DNA of 64,000 bases. Source: Wenzhouxiangella sp. (lineage in GTDB: Bacteria; Pseudomonadota; Gammaproteobacteria; Xanthomonadales; Wenzhouxiangellaceae). Of this stretch, positions 47,357 to 56,170 are shown piece after piece; the stretch's first letter is position 1, and each line of letters begins with the position of its first letter. The stretch spans positions 2,685 through 66,684 of the forward strand of contig JAZBPT010000044.1 in the NCBI GenBank assembly GCA_036351755.1, in the 5' to 3' direction. The notes below the pieces were generated by a model. The model saw nothing but the letters and a program-made list of their open reading frames with translations, did not search any database and was not told where the DNA came from. Both the position numbers and the translations under genes were made by a program.

Positions 47357-49792
47357 TCAAGCCGAAGCCTTCTTCTTTGCGGACTTCTTCTTCTTCTTCT
47401 TCGAAGCTTTCTTCTTCCCGGCCTTCTTCTTTGACGACTTCTTCTTCGCCGCCTTCTTCTTGGATGCCTTCTTGCCCGCCGCCTTCTTGCCGCCGGCCTT
47501 CTTCTTGCCGAACTTGCCGCGACGGCCCTTGGGCGGGGCCTCGGCGAGCATCTTCTGGCATTCCTCGAGCGACAGCTTCTCCGGCTCCTGGTCCTTGGGC
47601 ACGCTGGCGTTGCGCTTGCCGTCGGTCACGAACGGACCGTAGCGACCCTTGAGCACCTGGATGCCCTCGTCGGAAAACTGCTGGATGATGCGCTCTTTCA
47701 TGCGCTGCTTGTGTTCGGCCACGAGTTCCAGGGCCTGCTCGAGGGTAATCTCGTGGGGATCGTGCTCCTTGAGCGAGACGAAATTGCGCTGGCCGTACCG
47801 CACGTAGGGGCCGAAGCGGCCGATGTTGGCCTGAACCGGCTCGCCCTCGGGCGTCTCGCCGAGATTGCGCGGCAGCTTGAACAGCTCCAGCGCTTCCTCG
47901 AGGGTGATCTTGTCCATCTTCTGGCCCGGGCGAAGCCCGGCGAACTGCGGCTTTTCCTCGTCTTCGGCGGCGCCGATCTGGGCGAAGGGGCCGTAGCGGC
48001 CCAGGCGTACGATCACCGGCTTGCCGGTCTTGGGATCGGTGCCGAGCTCTCGCGCCTGCTGGGCTTCCTTGCGGCTGACCGTCTCGTCCTTTTCCTTGAC
48101 CCGGTCGATGAACGGCTGCCAGAACTCCTCGAGCAGGGGCACCCAGTCGTGCTCGCCGCGCGAGATGGCGTCGAGTTCGTCCTCGAGCCGGGCGGTGAAG
48201 TCGTAGTCGACGTAGCGGTCGAAATGCTGAGCCAGGAACTTGGCCACCACCAGGCCGGTGGAGGTCGGGATGAAGCGGCGATTGTCGAGCTCGACGTACT
48301 CGCGATCCTTGAGCGTCTGGATGATCGACGCGTAGGTCGACGGCCGACCGATGCCGTACTCTTCCAGCGCCTTGACCAGGCTGGCTTCGGAGTAGCGCGG
48401 CGGCGGTTCGGTGAAGTGCTGTTCCGGGCGGATCGCGATCAGCGGGATCTCGTCGCCCTCGTTGATTTCCGGCAGGCGCGTGTCCTGTTCCGCGCGCGAA
48501 TCCCGGTAGACCTTCAGGAAGCCGGGTTCGATCAGGGTCGACCCCGAGGCGCGGAAGGTCGTGTTGCCGACGTCGAATTCGGCGCTGACGGTGTCGTAGA
48601 CCGCCGGGATCATCTGGCTGGCCACCGCGCGGTTCCAGATCAGCTCGTAGAGCCGGTACTGGTCGTCGCTGAGGTGGTTCCTGAGCTTGATCGGCGTGAG
48701 CTTCGCCGAGGTCGGCCGGATGGCCTCATGCGCCTCCTGGGCGTTCTTCGACTTCGACTGGTAGAAGTTGGGCTTCTCCGGCGCCAGCTTCTCGCCGAAC
48801 TCCGAGGCGATGGTCTGGCGGATCTCGTTGATCGCCTCGCCGGCCAGCGAAACCGAGTCGGTTCGCATATAGGTGATCAGGCCCTGGTTGCCGCCGCCGG
48901 TGTCGATGCCCTCGTAGAGCTGCTGGGCGATGCGCATGGTGCGCTGCGTGGTGAAGCGCAGGCGCCGCGCGGCTTCCTGCTGCAGCGTGGAGGTGATGAA
49001 CGGCGGCTGCGGCCGGCGGCGTCGCTGGCTCTTCTTGACCCGCGCGACCTTGAAGCGCCCGCTGGCGGCTTCCTCGATCTGCTTCTTCAGCCGGGTCGCC
49101 TGATCCTCGTTGTTGATGTCGAACTGCTCGAGCTTGTTGCCGTCGAGCTTGACCAGGTTGGCGCCGAAGGCGTCGTCCTCGTTCTTGCCCAGGTCGGCCT
49201 CGATGGTCCAGTATTCCTGCGGGTCGAATTTCTCGATCTCTTCCTCGCGCTCGACGATCATGCGCAGGGCCGGCGACTGCACGCGCCCGGCCGACAGGCC
49301 GCGGCGAACCTTCTTCCACAGCAGCGGCGAGAGATTGAAGCCCACCAGGTAGTCCAGGGCCCGGCGCGCCTGCTGCGCGTCGACCAGGGAATCGGCCAGG
49401 TCGCGCGGCTCCTCGAGCGCCTTCTTGATGGCGCGTTCGGTAATTTCGGAGAACACCACGCGCTTGACGGGTTTGCCGGAGTTGACGCCGCGTTGCTTGA
49501 GGATCTCGGCAATATGCCAGGAGATCGCCTCCCCCTCGCGGTCGAGGTCGGTCGCGAGATAGACCGCGTCGGCCTTCTTGGCCTCCGAGACGATCTTGTC
49601 GACGTGCTTCTTGTTGCGCTCGATGATGTCGTAGCGCATGGCGAAGCCGTGCTCGGGATCGACCGCGCCCTCCTTGGGCACCAGGTCGCGCACGTGCCCG
49701 TAAGAGGCCAGTACCTTGAAATCGGGTCCGAGGTACTTGTTGATGGTGGTCGCCTTGGCCGGCGATTCGACAATCAGCAGATTTTTTGACAT
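47357..49792 (-). CDS. topA: DNA topoisomerase I with C-terminal repeats and a Lys-rich tail
   Basis: Motifs IVESPAKA, ATDLDREGE, SAGRVQS, LITYMRTDS and GIGRPSTY. GRYGP repeats and a KKA-rich C-terminus. Confidence 0.97.
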   Translation of the reverse strand: MSKNLLIVESPAKATTINKYLGPDFKVLASYGHVRDLVPKEGAVDPEHGFAMRYDIIERNKKHVDKIVSEAKKADAVYLATDLDREGEAISWHIAEILKQRGVNSGKPVKRVVFSEITERAIKKALEEPRDLADSLVDAQQARRALDYLVGFNLSPLLWKKVRRGLSAGRVQSPALRMIVEREEEIEKFDPQEYWTIEADLGKNEDDAFGANLVKLDGNKLEQFDINNEDQATRLKKQIEEAASGRFKVARVKKSQRRRRPQPPFITSTLQQEAARRLRFTTQRTMRIAQQLYEGIDTGGGNQGLITYMRTDSVSLAGEAINEIRQTIASEFGEKLAPEKPNFYQSKSKNAQEAHEAIRPTSAKLTPIKLRNHLSDDQYRLYELIWNRAVASQMIPAVYDTVSAEFDVGNTTFRASGSTLIEPGFLKVYRDSRAEQDTRLPEINEGDEIPLIAIRPEQHFTEPPPRYSEASLVKALEEYGIGRPSTYASIIQTLKDREYVELDNRRFIPTSTGLVVAKFLAQHFDRYVDYDFTARLEDELDAISRGEHDWVPLLEEFWQPFIDRVKEKDETVSRKEAQQARELGTDPKTGKPVIVRLGRYGPFAQIGAAEDEEKPQFAGLRPGQKMDKITLEEALELFKLPRNLGETPEGEPVQANIGRFGPYVRYGQRNFVSLKEHDPHEITLEQALELVAEHKQRMKERIIQQFSDEGIQVLKGRYGPFVTDGKRNASVPKDQEPEKLSLEECQKMLAEAPPKGRRGKFGKKKAGGKKAAGKKASKKKAAKKKSSKKKAGKKKASKKKKKKSAKKKASA

Positions 49793-49931
49793 TCGAGCTT
49801 GCTTGGTTGGGACGCGGCCGCAACGGCGGCAGCGGCGATGATCGGTTGTTGCGCCTGCAACAACGAGGATATTCAGGGTGGCGGGTCGACGGCTGCAGAT
49901 CTTCCGACCGGCCGTTTTCCAGATGCCTCCC

Positions 49932-50408
49932 TCAGTGCCGGTACTCTCCCTCCTCATCGAACATGAGGTCTTCCATCCAGGCGTAATTCGCTTCCTGGCC
50001 GGGCTGGTTGAACAGGACCATCAGGATCACCCACTTGACGTCTTCGAGGCTGATGTCCTCGGTCTCCAGTGCGGCGAGCCGGTCGATCACCATTTCCCGC
50101 CGAAGCGGGTCGAGCACCCCGACGTTTTCAAGGTACAGGATGAATCCGCGGGCGTTGACGTCCAGCCGCCGGCTCTCGTCGTCGGTGAAGACCCGGATGG
50201 GATTGCTCTCGTGGCCGCCGAGCTCCGGCAGCTTGCGCTGCTCGGCCAGCCCGTCGAGCCAGTTGAACGCGCGATCGATCTCTCCGCTGGAGAAGCCGGC
50301 TTCCTCGAGGCTCTCGCTGAGCGACTCGCGGTCGGGCTCTTCTTCCGGTTCGTCGTAAATGTAGTTCTCGAACAGGTACATCAGCAGGTCGAGCACGTTT
50401 TCCTTCAT
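49932..50408 (-). CDS. smg: Smg / DUF494 protein
   Basis: VLDLLMYLFENY...AGF...EIDRAFNWL...VKWVILMVLFNQPG. Conserved dprA-smg-topA synteny. Confidence 0.9.
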   Translation of the reverse strand: MKENVLDLLMYLFENYIYDEPEEEPDRESLSESLEEAGFSSGEIDRAFNWLDGLAEQRKLPELGGHESNPIRVFTDDESRRLDVNARGFILYLENVGVLDPLRREMVIDRLAALETEDISLEDVKWVILMVLFNQPGQEANYAWMEDLMFDEEGEYRH

Positions 50409-50420
50409 TCAGTTCCTTCC

Positions 50421-51569
50421 TCAGGCGTTGCGACTGTAGCGTCCGCCGGCGTGAGCGCTGACTTTCCCGTCCAGTTCCAGCATCAGCAACATCGAGGATA
50501 CCGCCGCGGGCGTCAATTGTGAACGCTCGATGATCCGGTCGAACGGGGTGGGGTCGAATCCGACCGCTTGGAGCAGTCGCTCGTATTCGGGGTCACTGTC
50601 CATATGCGGTGATTCGCCCGATTCCTCAAGTCCGGCCGGCGAAGCCGTCGGCCGGGGCTCGAGCAGGTTCTCGATTTCGCCTGCCAGTTCGCGCGCCAGA
50701 GGGGCCAGGTCCTCGACCACCTCGTCGGCGGTTTCGACCAGCCGGGCCCCGTCCCGGATCAGACGATGGCAGCCGCGGGAGAGGGGATTGTGCACCGAAC
50801 CCGGGATCGCGAAGACTTCCCGCCCCTGCTCGTTGGCCAGCCGGGCGGTGATCAGCGAACCGCTCTTGATTCCGGCCTCGACGACGAGCACGCCCAGGCT
50901 CATCCCGGAGATGATGCGGTTGCGCGCCGGGAAATTTCCCTTGAGCGGGCCGATCCCCGGCGGAAACTGGCTCACCAGCGCGCCGGAGCGCGCGATGCGG
51001 CCGGCCAGGTCGCGATGACGGGCGGGGTAGACCTTGTCCAGGCCAGTGCCCGCCACGGCAATCGTGGCGCCCCCGGCGTCCAGGCACCCGGCGTGCGCCA
51101 TGCCGTCGACGCCTTCGGCCAGGCCGCTGGTGATCACGAAGCCCGCCCGGGCCAGGGTCTTGGCGAAGGAGCGCGCGTGGTCGAGCCCGCCGCTGGTGGC
51201 GTTTCGGCTGCCCACAATGGCGATCTGCGGGGCGACCAGGGTGTCGGGTTCGCCGGCCACGAACAGGGCGACGGGGGCATCGGGAATGCGCTTGAGCAGG
51301 GGCGGGTAGAGCGCATCGTCGCGGGTAATCAGCCAGCGCCGCTCACCCGAAAGCCACTCCAGGCAGCGCGCCAGGCGGTCCTGGTCGGGCCGGCGCAGTT
51401 GCTCGATGTGACGGTCCGAAAGTCCGCATTCGCGCAGCGTCCGGTCGTCGGCGCCGTGCCATTCGATGGGGCTGGCGAAGCGTTCCTCGAGGCCCGCGAT
51501 GCGTTTTGGGCCGAGCCCGTCGACGAGGACGAGGCTCAGCCACTCGCGGGCTTGCTCCGGAGCGGGCAC
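50421..51569 (-). CDS. dprA: DNA-processing protein DprA
   Basis: Motifs YPPLL, AIVGSR, TSGLAEGVD, FPARNRIISG, SGSLITA, GREVFAIPG and a C-terminal wHTH. The start is uncertain. Confidence 0.95.
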   Translation of the reverse strand: MPAPEQAREWLSLVLVDGLGPKRIAGLEERFASPIEWHGADDRTLRECGLSDRHIEQLRRPDQDRLARCLEWLSGERRWLITRDDALYPPLLKRIPDAPVALFVAGEPDTLVAPQIAIVGSRNATSGGLDHARSFAKTLARAGFVITSGLAEGVDGMAHAGCLDAGGATIAVAGTGLDKVYPARHRDLAGRIARSGALVSQFPPGIGPLKGNFPARNRIISGMSLGVLVVEAGIKSGSLITARLANEQGREVFAIPGSVHNPLSRGCHRLIRDGARLVETADEVVEDLAPLARELAGEIENLLEPRPTASPAGLEESGESPHMDSDPEYERLLQAVGFDPTPFDRIIERSQLTPAAVSSMLLMLELDGKVSAHAGGRYSRNA

Positions 51570-51579
51570 GGCCCGCCGG

Positions 51580-52770
51580 TCAGAGGCTTCGGTCGGGGTG
51601 CGCGAGGACGTCGTCGACCTGGATGGTGTTACCGCTGCCCTCGAGCACGATGGCATAGCTGACGTGCTCGAACGGGCGGAAGACCATGATTCGGCCGGCG
51701 AATTCGTCGGGCAGGTCCACGTAGCGCTTTTCGGGCTCGCGGAATGCGGCTCGACTCATCAGCGGGTAGCGCTCGTCGCGAATGGTTTCGCCGGGCCGGA
51801 ACGCCGAGAAGGTGTGGCCGGCCTGAATGCCCTGCGCCGTGCCGAGGTTGATCGCCACCACCTGGTAGTGACCCGCGCCGTAGCTGCTGCCGGTGATCGC
51901 GATCACGCGGCCGTCCTCGGGGATCTCGTCCATCGCCCGCGGGTGGAAGGAGGCGTCGTAGACATGATCGTGGACGGGCAGGACGAAATCGCCCTCCATC
52001 GTTTCGCGGCGTCCGGAGAGGATTTCGACTATAGCCGGATCACCGGTCCTGACCACGCGGCCGCGGGCGGTTTCCCAAAGCTCGTAGCCGATGACCGGGT
52101 AGTTGTAGCGGTCGATCTGGCCGATGGTCGACTTCCACAGGGCGCTGGCCGGGCGCAGTTCGGCCCGGACCTGGCCCTCGTGCTCGATCATCTTCTTGTT
52201 GATGCGAACGTCGCTGTTCGGGTTGGCGCTACGATCCTCGAACATGTAGTTGACCCGGGCCAGGACCACTTCGTCGCCGGTTTGCGCGCCTTCGAGGCCG
52301 CGCACGTAGGTCCGGTCGCCCGGGCCCGCGAGCACACGCTGCTCGTTGTTGGCGATGACGTAGGGCAGTTGCTCGTACTCTTCGGCCGAGACGATACGGG
52401 GCGCCTCGAGGAAGGTTTCAACCGCGTCGAGCGGAATCGTGGAAATCGGGCCGTCGATCGGCTCGCGCCGCACATCGGGCGAGAGGCGGCGAACCGAGTC
52501 ATTGACCATCAGGCGTGGTTCGCCGTCGATGAAGACCAGCGAGATCACGTCGCCCGGATAGATCAGGTGCGGATTCTCGATTTGCGGGTTGGCGTCCCAG
52601 ATCGCCGGCCATTGCCACGGCCGGGTCAGGAAACGACCAGCGATGTCCCAGAGCGTGTCCCCCTCCTGCACGACATACTCACGCGGGTGATCCTCGCGCA
52701 GTTCCACGTCCTGAGCCTGTACAGTGAACGCCGCCAGTACAATAGCGGTCAGAAATACTAAGCGTTTCAC
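51580..52770 (-). CDS. Exported LysM peptidoglycan-binding protein (TsaP-like)
   Basis: Signal peptide and LysM motif YVVQEGDTLWDIA...WPAIW.ANPQIENPHLIYPGD. Conserved position between def and dprA. Confidence 0.88.
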   Translation of the reverse strand: MKRLVFLTAIVLAAFTVQAQDVELREDHPREYVVQEGDTLWDIAGRFLTRPWQWPAIWDANPQIENPHLIYPGDVISLVFIDGEPRLMVNDSVRRLSPDVRREPIDGPISTIPLDAVETFLEAPRIVSAEEYEQLPYVIANNEQRVLAGPGDRTYVRGLEGAQTGDEVVLARVNYMFEDRSANPNSDVRINKKMIEHEGQVRAELRPASALWKSTIGQIDRYNYPVIGYELWETARGRVVRTGDPAIVEILSGRRETMEGDFVLPVHDHVYDASFHPRAMDEIPEDGRVIAITGSSYGAGHYQVVAINLGTAQGIQAGHTFSAFRPGETIRDERYPLMSRAAFREPEKRYVDLPDEFAGRIMVFRPFEHVSYAIVLEGSGNTIQVDDVLAHPDRSL

Positions 52771-52872
52771 GGAGCGACTCCCTCCAGCAATGCCCACAGG
52801 CTTGATTTTTCGCAGACTATCATAAACATTACCATTGCAAAACGCACGTTTAAGCGGTTTTCTTAAATTCTC

Positions 52873-53388
52873 ATGTCAAAACTCAAGATTCTCGAATATC
52901 CCGATCCGCGCCTCCGGCACGTCGCCCGACCGGTGGATTCCGTAGGCGAGCGCGAGCGCAAGCTGGCCGAAGATATGCTCGAGACCATGTACGACGCCCG
53001 CGGAATCGGGTTGGCCGCCACGCAGGTGGCCGAGGACATCCGCGTCGTCGTCATGGACCTCAGCGAGGAGCGGAACGAACCGCGGGTTTTCATCAATCCG
53101 GAGATCGTCGACCGCAGCGGAAGCCAGTCCTACGAGGAGGGCTGCCTGTCGGTGCCGGGCTTCTACGCCGAGGTCACGCGTGCCGACAAGGTGAGTGTCC
53201 GCGCCCTCGACATCGACGGTAAGCCCTACGAACTCGACGCCGACGGCCTGCTGGCGGTCTGCATCCAGCACGAGATCGATCATCTCGACGGCAAGATGTT
53301 TATCGACTACCTCTCGCCGCTGAAGCGTCGCATGATCGGCAAGAAGCTGCGCAAGCAGCAGAACAGCCGCGAAAAAGCCACGGCTTGA
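52873..53388 (+). CDS. def: Peptide deformylase
   Basis: Motifs [13 protein letters not shown] and QHEIDH. Confidence 0.97.
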   Translation: MSKLKILEYPDPRLRHVARPVDSVGERERKLAEDMLETMYDARGIGLAATQVAEDIRVVVMDLSEERNEPRVFINPEIVDRSGSQSYEEGCLSVPGFYAEVTRADKVSVRALDIDGKPYELDADGLLAVCIQHEIDHLDGKMFIDYLSPLKRRMIGKKLRKQQNSREKATA

Positions 53389-53403
53389 TCGGCCGGAGCG
53401 GAT

Positions 53404-54321
53404 ATGCGAATCGTTTTTGCCGGCACACCGGCGTTCGCGGTGCCGGCGCTGCGGGCGTTGCTCGAAAATCCCGACTGGCGCCCCGTGGCCGTGCTTACCC
53501 AGCCCGACCGCGGCGCCGGTCGTGGCCGCAAGTTGCGCTTCGGGCCCATCAAGCAGCTGGCCGTCGATTCCGGAGTCGATGTGCTGCAACCGCGCTCCCT
53601 GAAGAATGAAGAAGCACGGGCAGAACTGGCCGGATACCGACCCGACCTGCTGGTGACGGCCGCCTACGGCCTGCTTCTCCCCCCTGAGGTGCTCGACATG
53701 CCGGCCCACGGCTGCTGGAACCTGCATGCCTCCCTGCTGCCGCGCTGGCGGGGCGCCAGCCCCATCAACCAGGCCATTCTCGCCGGCGACGCGGAGACGG
53801 GCATTTCCCTGATGCAGATGGATGCAGGACTCGATACCGGCCCCGTGATCGTGCGGCGCGCCACCTCGATCGGACCCGAAGAGACGGCCGGTGAACTGCA
53901 CGACCGGCTCGCGGAGATGGCCGGGGAGATCCTGGGCGACGCCCTGGAGCGTCTCGACGACGGCAGCCTGCCGGCCGCCGTGCCGCAGGACGAGGCCCTG
54001 GCCACGCGTGCGCCCCTGATCGACAAGGGCGACGCACGGCTCGACTGGAATCGCCCGGCCGAGGAGCTGGCGCGCATGGTGCGGGCTTATCACCCCTGGC
54101 CGATCGCGTTCGGCGAGATCGAGGGCACGACCTGGCGGATTCACCGTGCCCGGGCCGGCGAGGGCAGCGCTCCCGCCGGTGAGGTCCTCGCCGATCGCGG
54201 CCCGGAGGTGCTGGCCGTGGGCTGCGGCCTTGGCGTACTCGAAATTCTCGAGCTGCAGGGACCCGGCCGCAAGCCGGTGGCCGCACGGGACTGGTTCAAC
54301 GCGCGGCGCGGCCGGCGTTAG
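53404..54321 (+). CDS. fmt: Methionyl-tRNA formyltransferase
   Basis: Motifs FAGTPAFA, TQPDR, NLHASLLPRWRGASPI and MDAGLDTG. Confidence 0.97.
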   Translation: MRIVFAGTPAFAVPALRALLENPDWRPVAVLTQPDRGAGRGRKLRFGPIKQLAVDSGVDVLQPRSLKNEEARAELAGYRPDLLVTAAYGLLLPPEVLDMPAHGCWNLHASLLPRWRGASPINQAILAGDAETGISLMQMDAGLDTGPVIVRRATSIGPEETAGELHDRLAEMAGEILGDALERLDDGSLPAAVPQDEALATRAPLIDKGDARLDWNRPAEELARMVRAYHPWPIAFGEIEGTTWRIHRARAGEGSAPAGEVLADRGPEVLAVGCGLGVLEILELQGPGRKPVAARDWFNARRGRR

Positions 54322-54345
54322 GCCGGTTGCCGCGGTGCTACGGCC

Positions 54346-55659
54346 ATGACGCGTGACGGATCGCAGCCGAGGGCGGTTGCCGCACAGGCCGCGCAGGCGG
54401 TGCTCGATCGGGGACGCGCCCTGGACACGGCCCTGCCGCCCCTTCTCGAGCGCCTCGATGATTCGCGTGATCGTGCGCTGGCCAGGCGACTGGTCAGCGG
54501 CGTGATGCGCGAGTGGCCGGCGCTGGACTGGTTGGTCGGCGCGCTGGTCGACAAACCGCTCAAGGGCCGCAATCGCCTGCTGCACTTCCTTCTGGCCGTG
54601 GCGCTGCACGAGTTGCGCGACGGTCGCGAGCCCGACCATGCGATCGTCCACGCCGCGGTGGCCGCCGCCCGTTCCCTGCGGGGGCAGCGCCTGACCGGGC
54701 TGGTCAACGGTGTGCTCAGGGCGTTCGGGCGTCGACGCGAGGCATTGCTTGGAGCCCTGCCAGATACGCCCGTCTTTCGTTTCGGCTATCCAGGCTGGCT
54801 GATCAAGCGCGTCGAGTCCGACTACGGCGACGGCGCGCCGGCCATCCTGGCGGCAGGCAACGAGCCGCCGCCGCTTTGGCTGCGCGTCAATCGACGACGC
54901 ATTGCGCCCGAAGACTACCGCGAGCTGCTCGAGCAGGCCGGATTCGAGGCGCATGCTGCCGGCGGCTTTCCCGACGCGCTGCGTCTGGCCGAGCGCGCCG
55001 CGATCAGCGCCCTGCCGGGCTTCGACGACGGACTGGCCTCGGTGCAGGACGGGGCTGCGCAGCTGGCCGCCGATTATCTCGACCTGCACGACGGGCAGCG
55101 CGTGCTCGATGCCTGCGCCGCGCCCGGAGGCAAGTCGGCCCACATCCTTGAAAGACGCGATGTGGATCTGACGGCGCTGGATATCGACGGCGAGCGACTG
55201 TCCCGGGTCGGCAACGGCCTCGATCGCCTCGGCCTGGACGCCCGGTTGGTCACGGGCGATGCCGCGCATCCCGACGATTGGTGGGACGGGAGGCGCTTCG
55301 ATCGGATCCTCATCGACGCGCCTTGTTCGGCCACCGGCGTCATCCGGCGGCACCCCGACATCCGCTGGTTGCGTCGCGACGAGGACATCGACCGGCTCGC
55401 CACCCTCCAGGGCACGATCCTCGACGCCTTGTGGCCGCTACTCGAGCCGGGCGGTATCCTTGTCTATGCGACCTGTTCGCTCTTGAGGGTCGAAAACGAC
55501 GAACAGGCCCGCGCCTTTCTGGAGCGCCATGCAGATGCCCGCGAAATCGAAAACGCCGACATGCCCGGTCGGCCGGCCAGGCCGGGTCGCCAGATTCTGC
55601 CTGGCGAGCATGGCTGCGATGGTTTTTATTACCTTGCCGCTCGCCGGCTGCCGGAGTGA
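54346..55659 (+). CDS. rsmB: 16S rRNA (cytosine967-C5)-methyltransferase
   Basis: NusB-like N-terminus and motifs VQD, DACAAPGGKS, DAPCSATG.IRRHPD and YATCS. Confidence 0.95.
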   Translation: MTRDGSQPRAVAAQAAQAVLDRGRALDTALPPLLERLDDSRDRALARRLVSGVMREWPALDWLVGALVDKPLKGRNRLLHFLLAVALHELRDGREPDHAIVHAAVAAARSLRGQRLTGLVNGVLRAFGRRREALLGALPDTPVFRFGYPGWLIKRVESDYGDGAPAILAAGNEPPPLWLRVNRRRIAPEDYRELLEQAGFEAHAAGGFPDALRLAERAAISALPGFDDGLASVQDGAAQLAADYLDLHDGQRVLDACAAPGGKSAHILERRDVDLTALDIDGERLSRVGNGLDRLGLDARLVTGDAAHPDDWWDGRRFDRILIDAPCSATGVIRRHPDIRWLRRDEDIDRLATLQGTILDALWPLLEPGGILVYATCSLLRVENDEQARAFLERHADAREIENADMPGRPARPGRQILPGEHGCDGFYYLAARRLPE

Positions 55660-56170
55660 GCGCGAGGGCGACTGGCGGGTCGAATTCATCCAGCCGCGCC
55701 TGGCCTGGACGCGAGAAGGACTGGATTTCGTCGCCGGCGTCGATCTCGATCCCAGTCCGGCCATGCTCGAGGCGCTCGACCGCGGCGTGAGCGTGACGTT
55801 CCTGATTGCCCTTCGCGCCTCGTCCGGCCAGGTGTGGCTGCCCGGACTGGACGAACGCCGACGCCATCGATTCCGGATCAGCTACCTGCCCCTGAGCCGT
55901 CATTACCAGCTCGAGGACCTGCACAACGGCACGCGTTCGACGTATCCGCGGCTGAACATGCTCGTGCGGTCCTTGCGCGAGGCGCGTTCCTGGAGCATTC
56001 CGCTTGCGCCCGGTGAGGCGGTTTCGGTCGTGCGCGCGCGCATCCAGCTCGACCGCACGCGCCTGCCGTCGCCGATGCGCCTGCCGACCTGGTTCGAGCC
56101 GCAGTGGCACCTGGTCAGCGAGTGGCGGGAACTGACGCCGCCGCCGCGGGAGATGGCCGATGATCGGTAG
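55610..56170 (+). CDS. DUF4390 family protein (possible lipoprotein)
   Basis: Lipobox-like LAGC, EALDRGV, ISYLPLSRHY and LDRTRLPSPMR. Conserved position between rsmB and ntrY. Confidence 0.75.
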   Translation: MAAMVFITLPLAGCRSEREGDWRVEFIQPRLAWTREGLDFVAGVDLDPSPAMLEALDRGVSVTFLIALRASSGQVWLPGLDERRRHRFRISYLPLSRHYQLEDLHNGTRSTYPRLNMLVRSLREARSWSIPLAPGEAVSVVRARIQLDRTRLPSPMRLPTWFEPQWHLVSEWRELTPPPREMADDR

